Source of the DNA: the human T2T-CHM13v2.0 reference genome, Homo sapiens
Assembly: GCF_009914755.1 (NCBI RefSeq)
Contig: NC_060935.1
Direction: 5' to 3' (one strand)
Length of the DNA: 64,000 nt
Shown: positions 20,627 to 33,449 of the stretch, in pieces
Layout of the letters: each line of letters starts with the position of its first letter
Position numbering within the stretch: the stretch's first letter is position 1
The notes under the pieces: model-generated
The model's database searches: none
What the model was told of the DNA's origin: nothing
Seen by the model: only the letters and a program-made list of their open reading frames with translations
Made by a program: the position numbers and the translations under genes

Positions 20627-21410
20627 CTGAACAATTTTGCTAAACACTTGCAATGTGGCAGTATTGAGCTATATCCTGAAAGTGTCACTAGTAAACAAGA
20701 GATGAGGTCTCTGTCCTCAGAGTTCAAAGTCTGGTTGTGGAAATAGAAAAAGAAAACAGCTAGTCAATGTATAAACTAGAAAATTAGACACTGTGATGAA
20801 TATTTGAAGAAAATATTGGGTTCTCGTAGGACTTAGTCTATTATAAGTTTGTAGGATAAACTCAATTATTTGGTGTCTAGTATACAAACACCTAACTCAT
20901 ACATTTTCACCCCCCTTATAAATAACTATGGTTTATTTGAACATTTTATGTAGTTCAGTCAAATACAGCTTTTCAATTATGATAGTTTTATTATTTAAAA
21001 ATACACCCTTACAAGTGAGTTAAAATTATGGACCCTTGAAGAGAAGTTTAAATTTCATGAATTATAGTTTGTAAGAACTATTTGCAACATGGGATACATG
21101 TGCCACACTTTGTACCTTTACTATATGAGGCTTAATTCTCCAGCCTTATATTTCACTGTTCTTCAATTACCCTTCTCCTCCCATGTTCTAATCTTACTGA
21201 GGTTCTTGCTCCTGAACATGCCTTACTTTTTTTCTTTTGACCCTCTAAATATACCATTCCCTACATCTTCTACAGTCTCTACACTTTTTCCCCACTATCA
21301 TCCACCTACAAGACTATCGTATCTTATATGCAGATTCCCAGTATCTGGGCCATAGTACACATTCAATACATGTTCTTAAGTAAATAAATAAATAAATGGA
21401 TGAATGAAAG
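20627..21410. mobile_element. L2 fragments (both orientations)
   Basis: 'gtaaacaagagatgaggtctctgtcctcagag' and a terminal 'taaataaataaataaatggatgaatgaa' L2-type tail. Confidence 0.5.
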
Positions 21411-23751
21411 AATTCCGCAAAGTGACAAGAAAGGCAGTTCTGTTTATACACTCAAGTCTGGGATGTAATTAATCTATCTTGAAATTATTTTACTCTTTCT
21501 TGTTTATAGCCAATGTATTAAGATCCTACATACAGTGTCTGAATCCTCATTTGGTGTTTCAGATGATCACAGAAGGTGTTACATAATTTAGATAATATAC
21601 AAAACAAATTTAACTCAAATCTAAAATGTAAAATACCTCATTTTTAGGAGAGGAAGCAAGGATTCATATATGTAGCAAGCACAGAGAGTTATGATCCATT
21701 TTTGCAACTCTAATAGAGAAAAGAATCATTATATTCTACCCTGCTATGGTAATTTTAGATACAGCCTATAGATATGAAAAGATATTTTGGATCTTGGTTG
21801 AGTGATTCATCATTCAAAGCACTAAGATAATTTATATAAAGTAAAATGTATCTGTTTTGGGAATATAGCCATTTCACTTTATGTTGTTTACATCAAGATG
21901 ATGTTAATCTCAAATCATTCATTTCTATACTAATCATACAGATGATAAAAGTTCTTATCCAATATATTACGTTGTTCATGGGTAAATTCCATTCAATATA
22001 GAATAAGAAATTTTATCTTACTTTATCCATATAAAAGGCAATAAAAAGTGCTATAAAAATAAATCAGGAGCTTTAAGCAGTTTGATTTTCAGATGAACCT
22101 AAGAAAATCATGGACAGCTGAAGATTTCTCTGCATTTGGAACCAATTATTAAATCCTGCTATGGAGAATGAAGCTAGTATAGATTTCTAGCCTACCAGAT
22201 AATTCTTAGAATATCTACTTTGATTTGTTTTTCTGCTACATAAAATTGAGGAGACATCCAATGTATTTTCTGAGTGACCATTTCTAATAATGTAACTAGA
22301 TAATCAGCCTGTTTATAGAATGACCCCCAGCAGCAAAATACAGCCCCTAAGATGAAGGCATTAGGGAGATTTAATGATTTTGCCTCTTATCAAGCACATG
22401 GGGATTCAGCATAGTTGTAGCTCCAGTATAGAATTAAAATGCTAGGGAGAGGTCCAATTGAATGGATTGGTCCAACCCAGCAGGAGACAGGGGAAGCATG
22501 CAACCCGATGAACACATAGGTACGTAGGGCTCAGTGTGGACTTACAAGATAGTGGAATCACAAGCCAAGAGACCAGTTCTGGACCCCATGGTTGTAGAGT
22601 TTGTTCAATAAATGGGTAAAGCAGAGTTTGAGAGATGTAGATATATCCCTACAGTTAGGAGAGTCAGGAGATGGCAAGGGCCAGAGAGGTGGATGTCTGA
22701 AAATGTGGCCTCAGTGGAAAATTAGACAGAAAAACCTAAATGCTTTTTAATCTTCTCAGGTATGTTTAAAATTCTTAAGAAAAAGCAACCATATGGACCG
22801 TTAAACACTAAAAGCAACACATTACTCCTTGAGTTTTCTTTATTGAGTTTTGAAATCATCAATTTTAATTAACCTCTTTTCATGCTTCTTAGACCTTTCC
22901 TTACAATTTTCTACTTACATTAACAGACTAAGAAATGAGATATTATCTGCATATTTCTTCCTTAAACTAACAAGGAAATTTGTCTAAATGGACAAGACAG
23001 ACTTTATTTTTCACTAGCAGCGTTACACAAGAGAAATAATAAGTGGAAATTTAAGCAACTCAATGTAATGATTATCTGAAGTTGGCACTAACAGGCTGTA
23101 AGATAACAGATTTTCCTTCTTGAATTTTCTATCTAGGAATGTAGCTTTTCTATGTCAATTCATTATTGCGTCTATAATCAGGTGGTCTGCTGTAATTGAT
23201 TGGATCTCAAGACACGTGTCTTAATCCAGGAAACATAAAATACAGAATACAGATGTCAAACTTGAAATTGCTTTCACTGTTGTAACCTATCTCTGTTGCC
23301 TACTCTACTTTCCAGTCTCTCTCTCTCTTATGTGCTTTTCTTGTTTCCTTTGTTTGCTTTCTTCCCTCATAATACTTCTTCAATTTTTGGTTTAGTAGAA
23401 CCAGACATATGTTCCCTAACATATGTGGCTAGTCCCAAAGTGTCTTTGTATTAGCTTAAGTCTCAGTAATTGGTTATATTTGAACTTTGCTCTGCAGATG
23501 GCATTAGTTCTAATTTTTAATTCTAAATTGATCCTATTCAAGTCAGACAATGGCAAGATGATAGGAAAATATACAATCTCCCTTTCTACAGAGCTTCAGG
23601 ATCTGAAAGTCCACTGACAATTTGAAGATCTGTGCTGACTATAAGGTCACTAGAATTCTCTCAGTGGGAGATACTTATGTGCTTTATAATTTATTTTGCA
23701 AAGGAAGCAATTTATTCATTTTAAACATATGTGAAGCATATTATCTGGTTC

Positions 23752-24045
23752 TATTTACTTATTTTTGAGGTATAATTTACATGTAAAATTGTATATATTT
23801 AAGGTATATAATGTGATGATATATTCATGCATTATGAAATGATTAGCACAATAAAACTAATTAACATACCTGTTACCTCACATAGTTACCTTTTCTTTTT
23901 ATTTTGTGGTAAGAATATTTAAGATCTACTCTTCTAGCAAATTTCAAGTATGCAATACATTATTGTTAACTATAGTCACCATGCTGCACAATAGCTCTCC
24001 AGAACTTATTACTCTTATAATTGCAGGTTTGTACCCTTTTATCAT
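23752..24045 (-). mobile_element. L1MA (L1MA8/9-like) 3' end
   Basis: 'gttacctcacatagttacc...taagatctactcttctagcaaatttcaagtatgcaatacattattgttaactatagtcaccatgctg'. Confidence 0.85.
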
Positions 24046-24329
24046 CAACAAATAGTCCAATTTATTTTGAAAAACATAAATGCTTCTTCCTAAGGCTACA
24101 GTATTTCGTCATCAATTTTTTCTTAAATCACTGCAACTGGCTATATTGTGGTGGTATCTTCACTCTCCCAACTTAGTAGTTATTAGAAAGTAATGTCATA
24201 CTTTTCAACAAAAATACATTTCCCCTTTGCATCCCTTTTGTTCAACAAATAGCTTCTTTAAGAAACTGCACTGAATACATCAAATTTTAATACAGTTGGT
24301 ATTTATCTTTTGTGTGTATGAATGAGAAC

Positions 24330-24960
<631 letters not shown>

Positions 24961-26011
24961 TATCTGCCTCTGCATTGATTACCAGGGGAAATTTATTGAC
25001 AGTTTTAATTTCTTCTGGTAGAAATTGAGATAGGTATTTTCAGGCATTCCCTGTGTATCAACAGGAATACAGCTACTGGTAGGCAGAGAAGTGTGTTCCC
25101 TTGGGATTTGTTTTATCCACATGAGAATCTAAAGATGGGAATTGAATCACCAGTAACAGTATCAGAAGCCATAGAAGTGTGTGGAGTGCAGTGCTATAAA
25201 GTACTATGGTCAATGATAAGATGGTTTTAAATCTGGCTGGTGACAGAAATGATTATTAACATTAAACTACAGATAATTTTTCTAGTATATATATTACATG
25301 CTCTTTAGTAAGGTTTACAAAGTACATTTTTAACACTAGTTCTGCTCTTTCTTATATAGAAATATTCCCTAAGCAGTGGTAGCATTTTGTAGCATGTTTC
25401 TGCATTGGCCACAAGTAGTAAAGATAATCGTCAAGTTGTAGGTACTCACATAGGATTTATGAATGAGTTACTAAGGGACAGGGTCAACTAGCAGGCTCCA
25501 TCAGTGTGCCTGTACCTTGATGAAATTTGATGATAACGTCTGTGGCCCTATTTCTTTGGCCAGTCAGTAGCTAATTTATTTAATTTGTGAATTTATTCCG
25601 TGTGAAGTTTATTAAAATCTAAAAGAAATGAAAGATAATAAAAAGAATTATAAGCAGCCAGATAATTTTCATACCAGATATAATTTTAGTTAAATCTTTC
25701 TAATGATCTTAAATTTAGGTATTATCTTTAAGTTGCAGACGAAGATATCAAAGTTAAGGTATTTGCCCACTGATGCTATTTCCTCAATGTCACATAAAGA
25801 AAATGTTGTGAAGATATTGTTTCAAACATTGTTTCTATAATTCCTGAAATCCGTGTTCTTTATGTTGGTAGTTAGAATATTGGGATAAAGATGGTCAGAA
25901 ATGACTTTATTAGAACAAAGGTCAAAGGTGTGATGGAATTCAAAGTAGAATAGATCTCCTCTGGTTGAGAGAACTGGTGAGGACCAGATGAAATAAAGAA
26001 AGTGACATTTA

Positions 26012-26304
26012 GGCAGGGCACGGTGGCTCATACCTGTAGTCCTAGCACTTTGGGAGGCTGAGGTGGGTGGCTCACTTGAGCCCAGGAGTTCGAGACCAGC
26101 CTGGGCAATGTGTGGAAACCCCATCTCTACAAAAATTAGCTGGGCATGGTAGTGTGTGCCTGTGGTCCCAGCTACTCAGGAGGCTGAGGTGGACAAATCA
26201 TTTGAACCCAGGAGTCAGAGGTTGCAGTGAGCTGAGATAGCGCCACTGCCCTCCAGTCTGGCCAACAGAGCAAAAACCTGTCTTAAAATAAATAAATAAA
26301 TAAA
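26012..26304 (+). mobile_element. AluJb-like
   Basis: 'cacttgagcccaggagttcgagaccagcctgggcaa', (TAAA)n tail, TSD core gtgacattt. Confidence 0.9.
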
Positions 26305-27514
26305 TGTGACATTTGAAATGTTTCTTAAAGAAATGGATAGGGATGCGATAAACACAGATTGGGAGTAAATATAGCAAGGTGTTAAAACATAGAGTTTGGA
26401 CAGCAGCTGAAATTTGGGTTTTGAATGAGTAAGTAGTGGAAGATTCACTTGCAAGTAGTGGAGTTTGTGGAAAGCCTTGACTGAGAAGCTGAAGAGTTTT
26501 GGAAAGAAAAACAAGTTATTGAAGGATTTAAGTAGAGCAGTAATTTGAATGGATACAAGATGAATCTAGCAACTACGTGTATGATATCTTGGAGTGGAAA
26601 ATTCTGAAGTAGAGGATATAATATATAAGACTTTGAAAAATAGTCCATTGAGAAAAATCAGCTGATGAACCAAAAGTGGTAGCAATAGGAATAGAAAGGA
26701 GCACAGAGGCATGTGAATTATTGTTCTAGTGACATACTGCTTGGTTCTAGTGGCTGACCGTATGGATATCTTCACTGTTTAGTGGAAGCATATGTCACCT
26801 CTTGAGAGTGTTATCATTTAGTTATTTAGGGACTGATGAAATTCAAATTTTAGCCTTATGTAAACACACACATACACAATTTCCTATGCTCTTGTAACTG
26901 TTATTCTATTAATTGTTAGAACCAGGGCTAAAAACTTGGGTACATTTAACCCCAATATTTAAAGAGGATAATAAATCATGTAATAATCGCTCAGTGAAAC
27001 TGAGTGGGAGAAGTTGGGTCTGTCTGGATAATGGCTGCTCTGTACAACTACATAGACTAATAGAATATCAAAGGAAATAAAACTTTATTATTTTCTAATA
27101 AATGCAATAACAAAACCAGGCTCACAAAGTATATGTCAGATATATCTAGAGTTCATACCTTAACAAAAAAATGATTTGTGTCTAATACGTCAGGTATCCT
27201 GATATATATGTAAATGCAAATCATTCCTTCAAAATGATATCTCTCACAATATCTCCTTTTAGAAATTTTCTTTGTTCTACTAATTTACTTAGTCAATTTT
27301 TTTTCACCTGGCATAGAAAAGAAATTTTATTTTTCTCTGACTTATACTGATAACAAAGGATTCTACAGTGAGAATAAATTTTGAAATTACACAGTTCTTC
27401 ATTAAGGCTAATCCTAAAAATCCCTTATGGAAAAGCAGTTTCAGCCTCAAGAATCCTGTATGACTTTAGGAAGGTTTAGTATAATGTTTCTCTACATTAC
27501 TCTAATGTAGTCAC

Positions 27515-28190
27515 CCATTTATTTATTTAACCAAACATTTATTGTGTGCCTACCATTGGTGAATAAATTTCCTATCATTGAGCTTAGTAGAGGATAGAAG
27601 ATAGATAAAATACGTAAGAAAACAAAATCAATCTATAATCTAATATCAGGTGATGATGAATGCCATGAACAACAACACTGAAAAACTGGAAAAAACATAG
27701 CCCAGAAAAATACAAGGGAGCAGTGTTACTGCATGCCATTTCAAAGATATGATGGGTAGAGAAGGCCTCTGTGAGGCGGTGACATTTGAGTAGAGACCTG
27801 AATAAAGTGAGGAACAAGCCAAGGGGGATCTAGTGACGGAATATTTCAAAACAGCAAGAACAGTAAGCAAAGACCCTGAGGTAAAAACAAGATTACAATT
27901 TTTGAGAAGCAGGAAGAAGGCTAACATGAAATGAAGAGGACAGTGGTGGGAAGCTGGAAAGCTAGACAGAGGCCAGCTCACGGAGGACTTTGGAGGTGAT
28001 GGTAAGGAGTTTGCATTTTAGCTTAAGGTTGATTAACATTTTTGAAGGATTTTGAATAGGGAAGTCACATAATCTGATTTATGTTTTAAAGATTAGACTG
28101 TGTTGTAGAAAGAGGAGATTGAATAGAGATGAGTGGAATCAAGCAGATAAGTTCAGTAGTTCAGTAAGAGATATTGTAACAATATACTTT
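27515..28190 (-). mobile_element. L2a fragment
   Basis: 'catttatttatttaaccaaacatttattgtgtgcctacc...gaaggcctctgtgaggcggtgacatttgagtagagacctgaataaagtgagg'. Confidence 0.8.
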
Positions 28191-29227
28191 TGAGATGTTC
28201 ATTTCATTTCACATTCCATGAGTCTGGTTCCATTAACTCTATGTTATTCAACCTTTTTTCAATGTGGAATCAAAGACAGTCTAAGAGGAGATCATATGTC
28301 TTATTAAAAGGCACATGTGGGTAAAATTGGCAGGTGGGGACTGGTACTGAAATTGTGTTTTGATTTTACTTTTCCAGCTTTTTTTTTTTAAATCACAGTA
28401 GGCCAGTGTTAAGCAGATTTGATAGAATAGGAAAATAAAGAGAAACATAAGAAAGAAAAATAAGTGATATGTTTTTTCATATAGAACATCTCTTGGTGGT
28501 TTTGAAATTTTTGGAAGCCTTTACTGAGTACCTTCAGGACAAGATACAGTTTAACCTGGCATTCAAAGCCTTCCATGGCTTAACCTATGTCTACTTTCTA
28601 GCCTTAGTTTCTGTCACAACCTTGTTCATATTTTTCTGTTTAGCAATAGGAAATGGTCAAAAAATTCATTTTATTGCAAGTCTCATTGCTTTTGCTTATA
28701 TTCTTCCTATATTACATGGTAAAATTATTTTTTATGCTTTAAAACTTACTTGATTAATCAGCATTACAGGGAGGTCTTTTCACTATCCCTCCTTATTCAC
28801 TGTTGCTCACCTTTGTCAATGAAAAGTCAAAGAGTGACTGCAAAGCAGTAAGACAAGGCATTTACTCGGGTCTTAGGAATTGCAATTCAGGAGACAGAGA
28901 CTCAGCTAAAAGCCAAATTGTGTTCTGAAGAAAGGTAGTAGGAATTTTTAAAAGCATGCTGAAGGCGATTACACAAGTTATTTTGAAGGAATAATCATTA
29001 ATGGAGGTAGCTGGCATAGTACATGATTCCATAGTTCATTGGTTGTCATTGTTCATAAGTTGTAGTGCTGATGAAATGTAGCTGTTTTTCAAGATGTTGT
29101 GGTCATGGTGATTTGGCCCAGTTAAAAGGTTCAAGGCAATTTCCTGTTTTGCAAGGTTGCAGGTTGTGCAGGTAGTCCTTAGAAAGGCTTGCCAACTCCA
29201 TGTTAGAGCTCTGAGCCATAGCGAGGC

Positions 29228-29806
29228 TGCTACAGGAACAGGGTCTTGACTCACCGAGTAAAGTGACAGCAAGTTTATTAGAGATGTAAAAAAACAAAAG
29301 AATGGCTACTCCATAGGCAGAGCAGCCCCAAGGACTCCTAATTGGCTATTTTTATGTTTATTGCTTGATCATATGCTAAACAAGGGGTGGATTATTCATG
29401 AATCTTCCAGGAAACGGATGGGCAGTTCCCAGAAGTGAGGGTTCGTCCCCGTTTTAGATAATATAAGGTAACTTCTGAATATTGCCATGGCATTTGTAAA
29501 CTGTCATGGCGCCGGTGGGAGTGTCTTTTAGCATGCTAATGCATTCTAATTAGTGTATAATGAGCAATGAGAATGATTAGAGGCAATTTTTGTCACCATA
29601 TTGGTTCTGGTGGGTTTCAGTTGGCTTCTTTACCACATCTTATTTTATCAGTAGGATCTTTGTGACCTGTATCTTGTGCCAATCTCATATCTCATCCTAT
29701 GACTAAGGATGCCTAACCTCCTGGAAATGCAGCCCAGCAGGTCTCGGCCTCATTTTACCCAGACCCTATTCAAAATGGAGTCACTCTGGTTTGAACGCCT
29801 CTGACA
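29228..29806 (-). mobile_element. MER41B solo LTR (ERV1)
   Basis: Minus strand starts TGTCAGAGGCGTTCAAACCAGAGTGACTCCATTTTGAATAGGG and includes the MER41B-specific segments (gcattagcatgctaaaagacactccc; the tandem GAS segment). 4-bp TSD aggc/atgc. Confidence 0.9.
29405..29434. promoter_or_regulatory. Tandem GAS (STAT) sites in MER41B
   Basis: TTCCAGGAA (29405-29413) and TTCCCAGAA (29426-29434), both exact TTC-N3-GAA. Confidence 0.7.
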
Positions 29807-30103
29807 ATGCCATTTTGTATATCACATTTTATACCTTCTTTGGTCACTTCACCCAAGGGGAGCATAATTACCTCTTCTTGCATGCCACTTCTGTACCACC
29901 AACATGTGTCCAGAGTGTCATTAGTTATTCTGTGTTGCTTGTTTGCGTGTCTATTTTTCCTCCAATAATGTGACAGCTCTTTGAAGGTGTTTAAAACCCT
30001 CTGGTGTCTCTTTGTTGCCCTCATGGTAAAGTCTAAATTTCTAAAATGGCATAAAATAAACTTTTCATAAGATCCAGACTTGACTTTGCATTTGGACTCA
30101 TCC

Positions 30104-30818
30104 TCTTACAGTAGGTAGGTAGTCAGACGTGAGCAGGGCAGGAGAGGGTCCCCACCTACCCAACACACACACCAGGAATGTCAGATGACAATCAGGTGAT
30201 GTTCAGGCAGTTGTTAACTGTCTCTCTAAAATATTAATAATAATTGGTCACAGCCAGTGCCAGGGGAAGGCAATCTTCCAATAAATAGAAAAACCTGAAA
30301 CTGGTGATCAGCTGCTTCCAAATAAGAACTCAGGAGTTTGGCAGGTGTGCTCAAGCATGTGCACTGAGAGGCAAAATGGCAGAGTTTAACTGGTATATGA
30401 CCTTCTAGGAACATTCAACTGGTGAGGGAAAAACACCTCAAGTGAGCATGTATACAACTCCAGTAAACACACTGTGCATGTGGCCATTCCCAAGCACTAG
30501 CAGACCACTGAGCATGCAGACAGCCCACCTCAAGGGAAGAATTAGGGAGAAGGGATGCAAGACCCTGGAAGTATGCCAACATATAAAACCCCAAGTCAAA
30601 AGTCAAACCAGGCACTTGAATCTCTCAAGTTGCCTGGTGGGCCCTCTTCCAAGTGTACTTTACTTCCTTTCATTCCTACTCTAAAACTTTTTAATAAACT
30701 TTCACCCCTGTCTAAAACTTGCCACAGCCCCTCCTTCTGCCTTCTGCCCCTCAAATTCTTTCTTCTGAGTAGACAAGATTTGAGGTTGCTGCAGATCTAT
30801 ATGGGTTTGCCAGTAACA
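30104..30818 (+). mobile_element. MER50 solo LTR (ERV1)
   Basis: Starts t(c)ttacagtaggtaggtagtcagacgtgagcagggcaggagagg, TATA-like 'catataaaacccc', AATAAA at ~30693, ends gtaaca. TSD atcc/atct. Confidence 0.85.
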
Positions 30819-30965
30819 ATCTCTGCCTAATCTCTGCTCTCTTTCTCTTGCTTCTATCTATACTATACTACAGTTAATTTTTGAGATTAGCCATGCTCTC
30901 TCTTGCCTCATTGCCTCTGAATATGCTGTCCTCTCTTCCTAGAACATCTATTCCCACCTTAATCC

Positions 30966-31686
30966 TGAAAATGCCTTTGCAAAAATTATAATACTGAGAA
31001 AATTATGGCAGTGTGGGAGATCTGATCTAGCAATCTCCCTTTTGCCTTTAGCCTTCAAACTGGTTAAATTATTTCTGGGCTTAGACTGGGCTATCTTTGG
31101 GAGACATTTAGTTTAAATGATAATAGCCCTTCCCTAAAACTCAACTGTCTTTGTAAAGTTAAGGAGACCATCAGGCTAAGGGGAGAAGAGGAGCCTGAAT
31201 TCCGCTAAGGTGTAGACATAAATGATCACCTGCTATTATCTGTGAGAACACAAGACATGCAATTTCCCCAATTACTCCTGCAGATAATATCACTATTATA
31301 TAATCTAAAAATTGGCCTTTTGAGAATCTTTTCAGTTTTTTTTTTTTTTTTTTTTTGGCATGTCTGACACCTGGCTGCACCTGGACCTGCCAATTGTTTC
31401 TGTGGCCCCACCCAGAAGCAACTCAGTGGAAGAGAGTAGCTTTAATTGGCTGTGATTTCATCTCTGACACAACCAATCAGCAGCAAGCACTCATTGCCTA
31501 GCCACCCCCACTCCTTCCCCTAAACTGCCTTTGAAAAACCCCTAACCTACAAGCCTTTGAGGTGATTGATTTGAGTACTAACTCTGTTTCCCAAGTGGTG
31601 TGGCTGGCTCACATCAATTAAACTCTTTCTTTACTGCAATGCCATGGTCTTTGCAATGGGCAGGAAGAACCCATCAAGCAGTTACA
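30966..31686 (+). mobile_element. LTR8-family solo LTR (LTR8A/8B-like)
   Basis: Starts tgaaaatgcctttgcaaaaattata, contains a CCAAT box ('aaccaatcagcagc') and attaaa signal, ends gttaca. TSD atcc/atct; internal T21 run. Confidence 0.85.
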
Positions 31687-31914
31687 ATCTCATTGCCTGG
31701 ATAATTCCTACTTGTACTTTAGGTCTCAGTAGTCTGTACATTTTCCAGGAAGTCTTTCTAGATGACCATGTCTGGGTTAGGTGTGCCTCTGGTGAATACA
31801 TTGCACTTGTGCCCTTGCCTCATCATAATACCATTCTGTGTTCCACTTATTTACTTGTCTGTATTCTCAACTAGACTCTATGCTACTTGATGGAGGACAT
31901 CATGTTTGTATTTG

Positions 31915-32775
31915 TGTGATATGTGAAATATATATTAGTTCTTCATCGTTTCCTGGCGTATAACTCCTAGAATCCTCAGAATCTTCAAAACAATGGATCT
32001 TTTTGTGTGCTAATTAGTTGATGGATGGCTGGCAGCCCCTAGTTAGCTTCAGGATGGGGGCTGGTCACTGGAAAGACCAGAGAAGGAGTAAAAGGTTGGG
32101 ACTTTCAGCCCTACCCCACAACCTCTGGGGAGCAGAGAGAGGTTGAAGGTCAAGTTGATTACTAATGGCCAATGATTTAATCAGTCATACCTATAAAATG
32201 AAGATTCCATAAAAATCCCAAAGAAGTAGGTTCAGGGAGCTTGCAGATAGCTGCACACATGTGGGATTCCAGGAAAGTGAACAAGAACACAGCCACATGT
32301 CAGGAGGGTGGTGCACCTCAACTCCATCAGAAGAGAAGCTCCTGTGCTCTAGATCCTTCCAGACCTTGCCCTGTGTATCTCTTCATCTGACTGTTAATTT
32401 CTATCCTTTGAAATATTTCTTGCAATAAACTAGTAAATGTAAGTGTTTCTCTGAGTTCTGTGAGCTTCTGAAGAACATTAATTGAACCCAAAGAGGGGGC
32501 TGTGGAAACTCTTGATTTATAGCCAGTTGGTCAGAAGCAAAATAACCTGTGGCTCTCAACTGGCATCGGAAATGGGGCTCAGTCTTGTGGGATCAACCTT
32601 TGTGATCTGATGCCATCTCCAGGCAACTAGTGTCAGAATGGAATTGAATTAGAGTACACTCAGGTGTCTTCTACTGCAGAACTGATTGCTCGCTTGCTGA
32701 TGGGGAGAAATCCCCACACAGTGTCAGAAGCATGTTGTGAGAGTACAATAGTAAAAACAGAGTTTTTTTTTTTTC
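31915..32775 (+). mobile_element. MER21A-like solo LTR
   Basis: Starts tgtgatatgtgaaatatatatt; contains 'gcttcaggatgggggctggtcac...ggttgggactttcagccc...ggccaatgatttaatc' and 'tagtgtcagaatggaattgaatt'. Confidence 0.85.
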
Positions 32776-33158
32776 TACTTATTTCTTTAGCCTCCCCCCT
32801 GCATTTTGTTTACAGAGACCAACACCATTACTGGAACATAATAGGAGCTGAATACATACTTGTAAAATGAGTGAGATAGAATTTTATCTAGCTCCCTTAC
32901 ATACCCCCAGAACCTAGCACTGGGCTTAGTGTAACAAATGTGTGTTGAATTTAATTGTAACAAACTTACACATTCCATTCTAGGAGTATAAAAAGACAGG
33001 AAACTGAATTTGAGTACTAAGTCTTTACAAGAACAAAATGTAGAACATTTAACCTAATTCTCTCTCTGTCCCCCCTCCCACACCTTGTTTGTCTCCTCTC
33101 TGTCTCTCTTTTCCCCGATCTCTCTTCTCCCTGCTTCTCTCTCTCATTATGAACCCTC

Positions 33159-33196
33159 CACAGTGTGCTCTGTCATGCACAGTGTGCTCTGTCATG
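33159..33196. repeat. 19-bp perfect tandem duplication (cacagtgtgctctgtcatg)x2
   Basis: Directly visible. Confidence 0.95.
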
Positions 33197-33449
33197 CTGT
33201 CTGTCTGCTGTTCTGCTGGCTTGCTGGTTGGCTAGTCTGCTGATCTGTTGGTCTCCTTCTGGAGCCTGAGGTTTGGGGTTTATATGGATGCAGGATAGGG
33301 GGTGTGGCAGGCCCAAAGGCAACTTTTGGGTGGGAAAATAGGAATGCTGGTCCTCATTTAGGGCCCTGGGTCTTCAGGCTTGAGGGTGGGGCCTTTGCCT
33401 GGTAACTGCCCTCTTCTACCCAGTATTTCCCTGTCACCTGTCCCTATCA
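33197..33449 (-). mobile_element. MER52/LTR27-28-type LTR, 5' fragment only
   Basis: Minus strand TGATAGGGACAGGTGACAGGGAAATACTGGGTAGAAGAGGGC...AAAGGCCCCACCCTCAAGCCTGAAGACC; truncated after ~250 bp. Confidence 0.75.

Larger units (their letters stand above)
28814..29826 (-). mobile_element. Older ERV1-type solo LTR (family unresolved) hosting MER41B
   Basis: TG...CA termini (tgtcaatgaaaa at 28814; gccattttgtatatcaca ending 29826) and LTR-like 'tttactcgggtcttaggaattgcaattcaggagac'. Confidence 0.5.

Noticed and set aside
30100-31690. MER50 and LTR8 both flanked by atcc/atct
   Set aside because: Only 4-bp words, and the LTRs are unrelated families separated by L2-like DNA. Most likely coincidence rather than one composite element.
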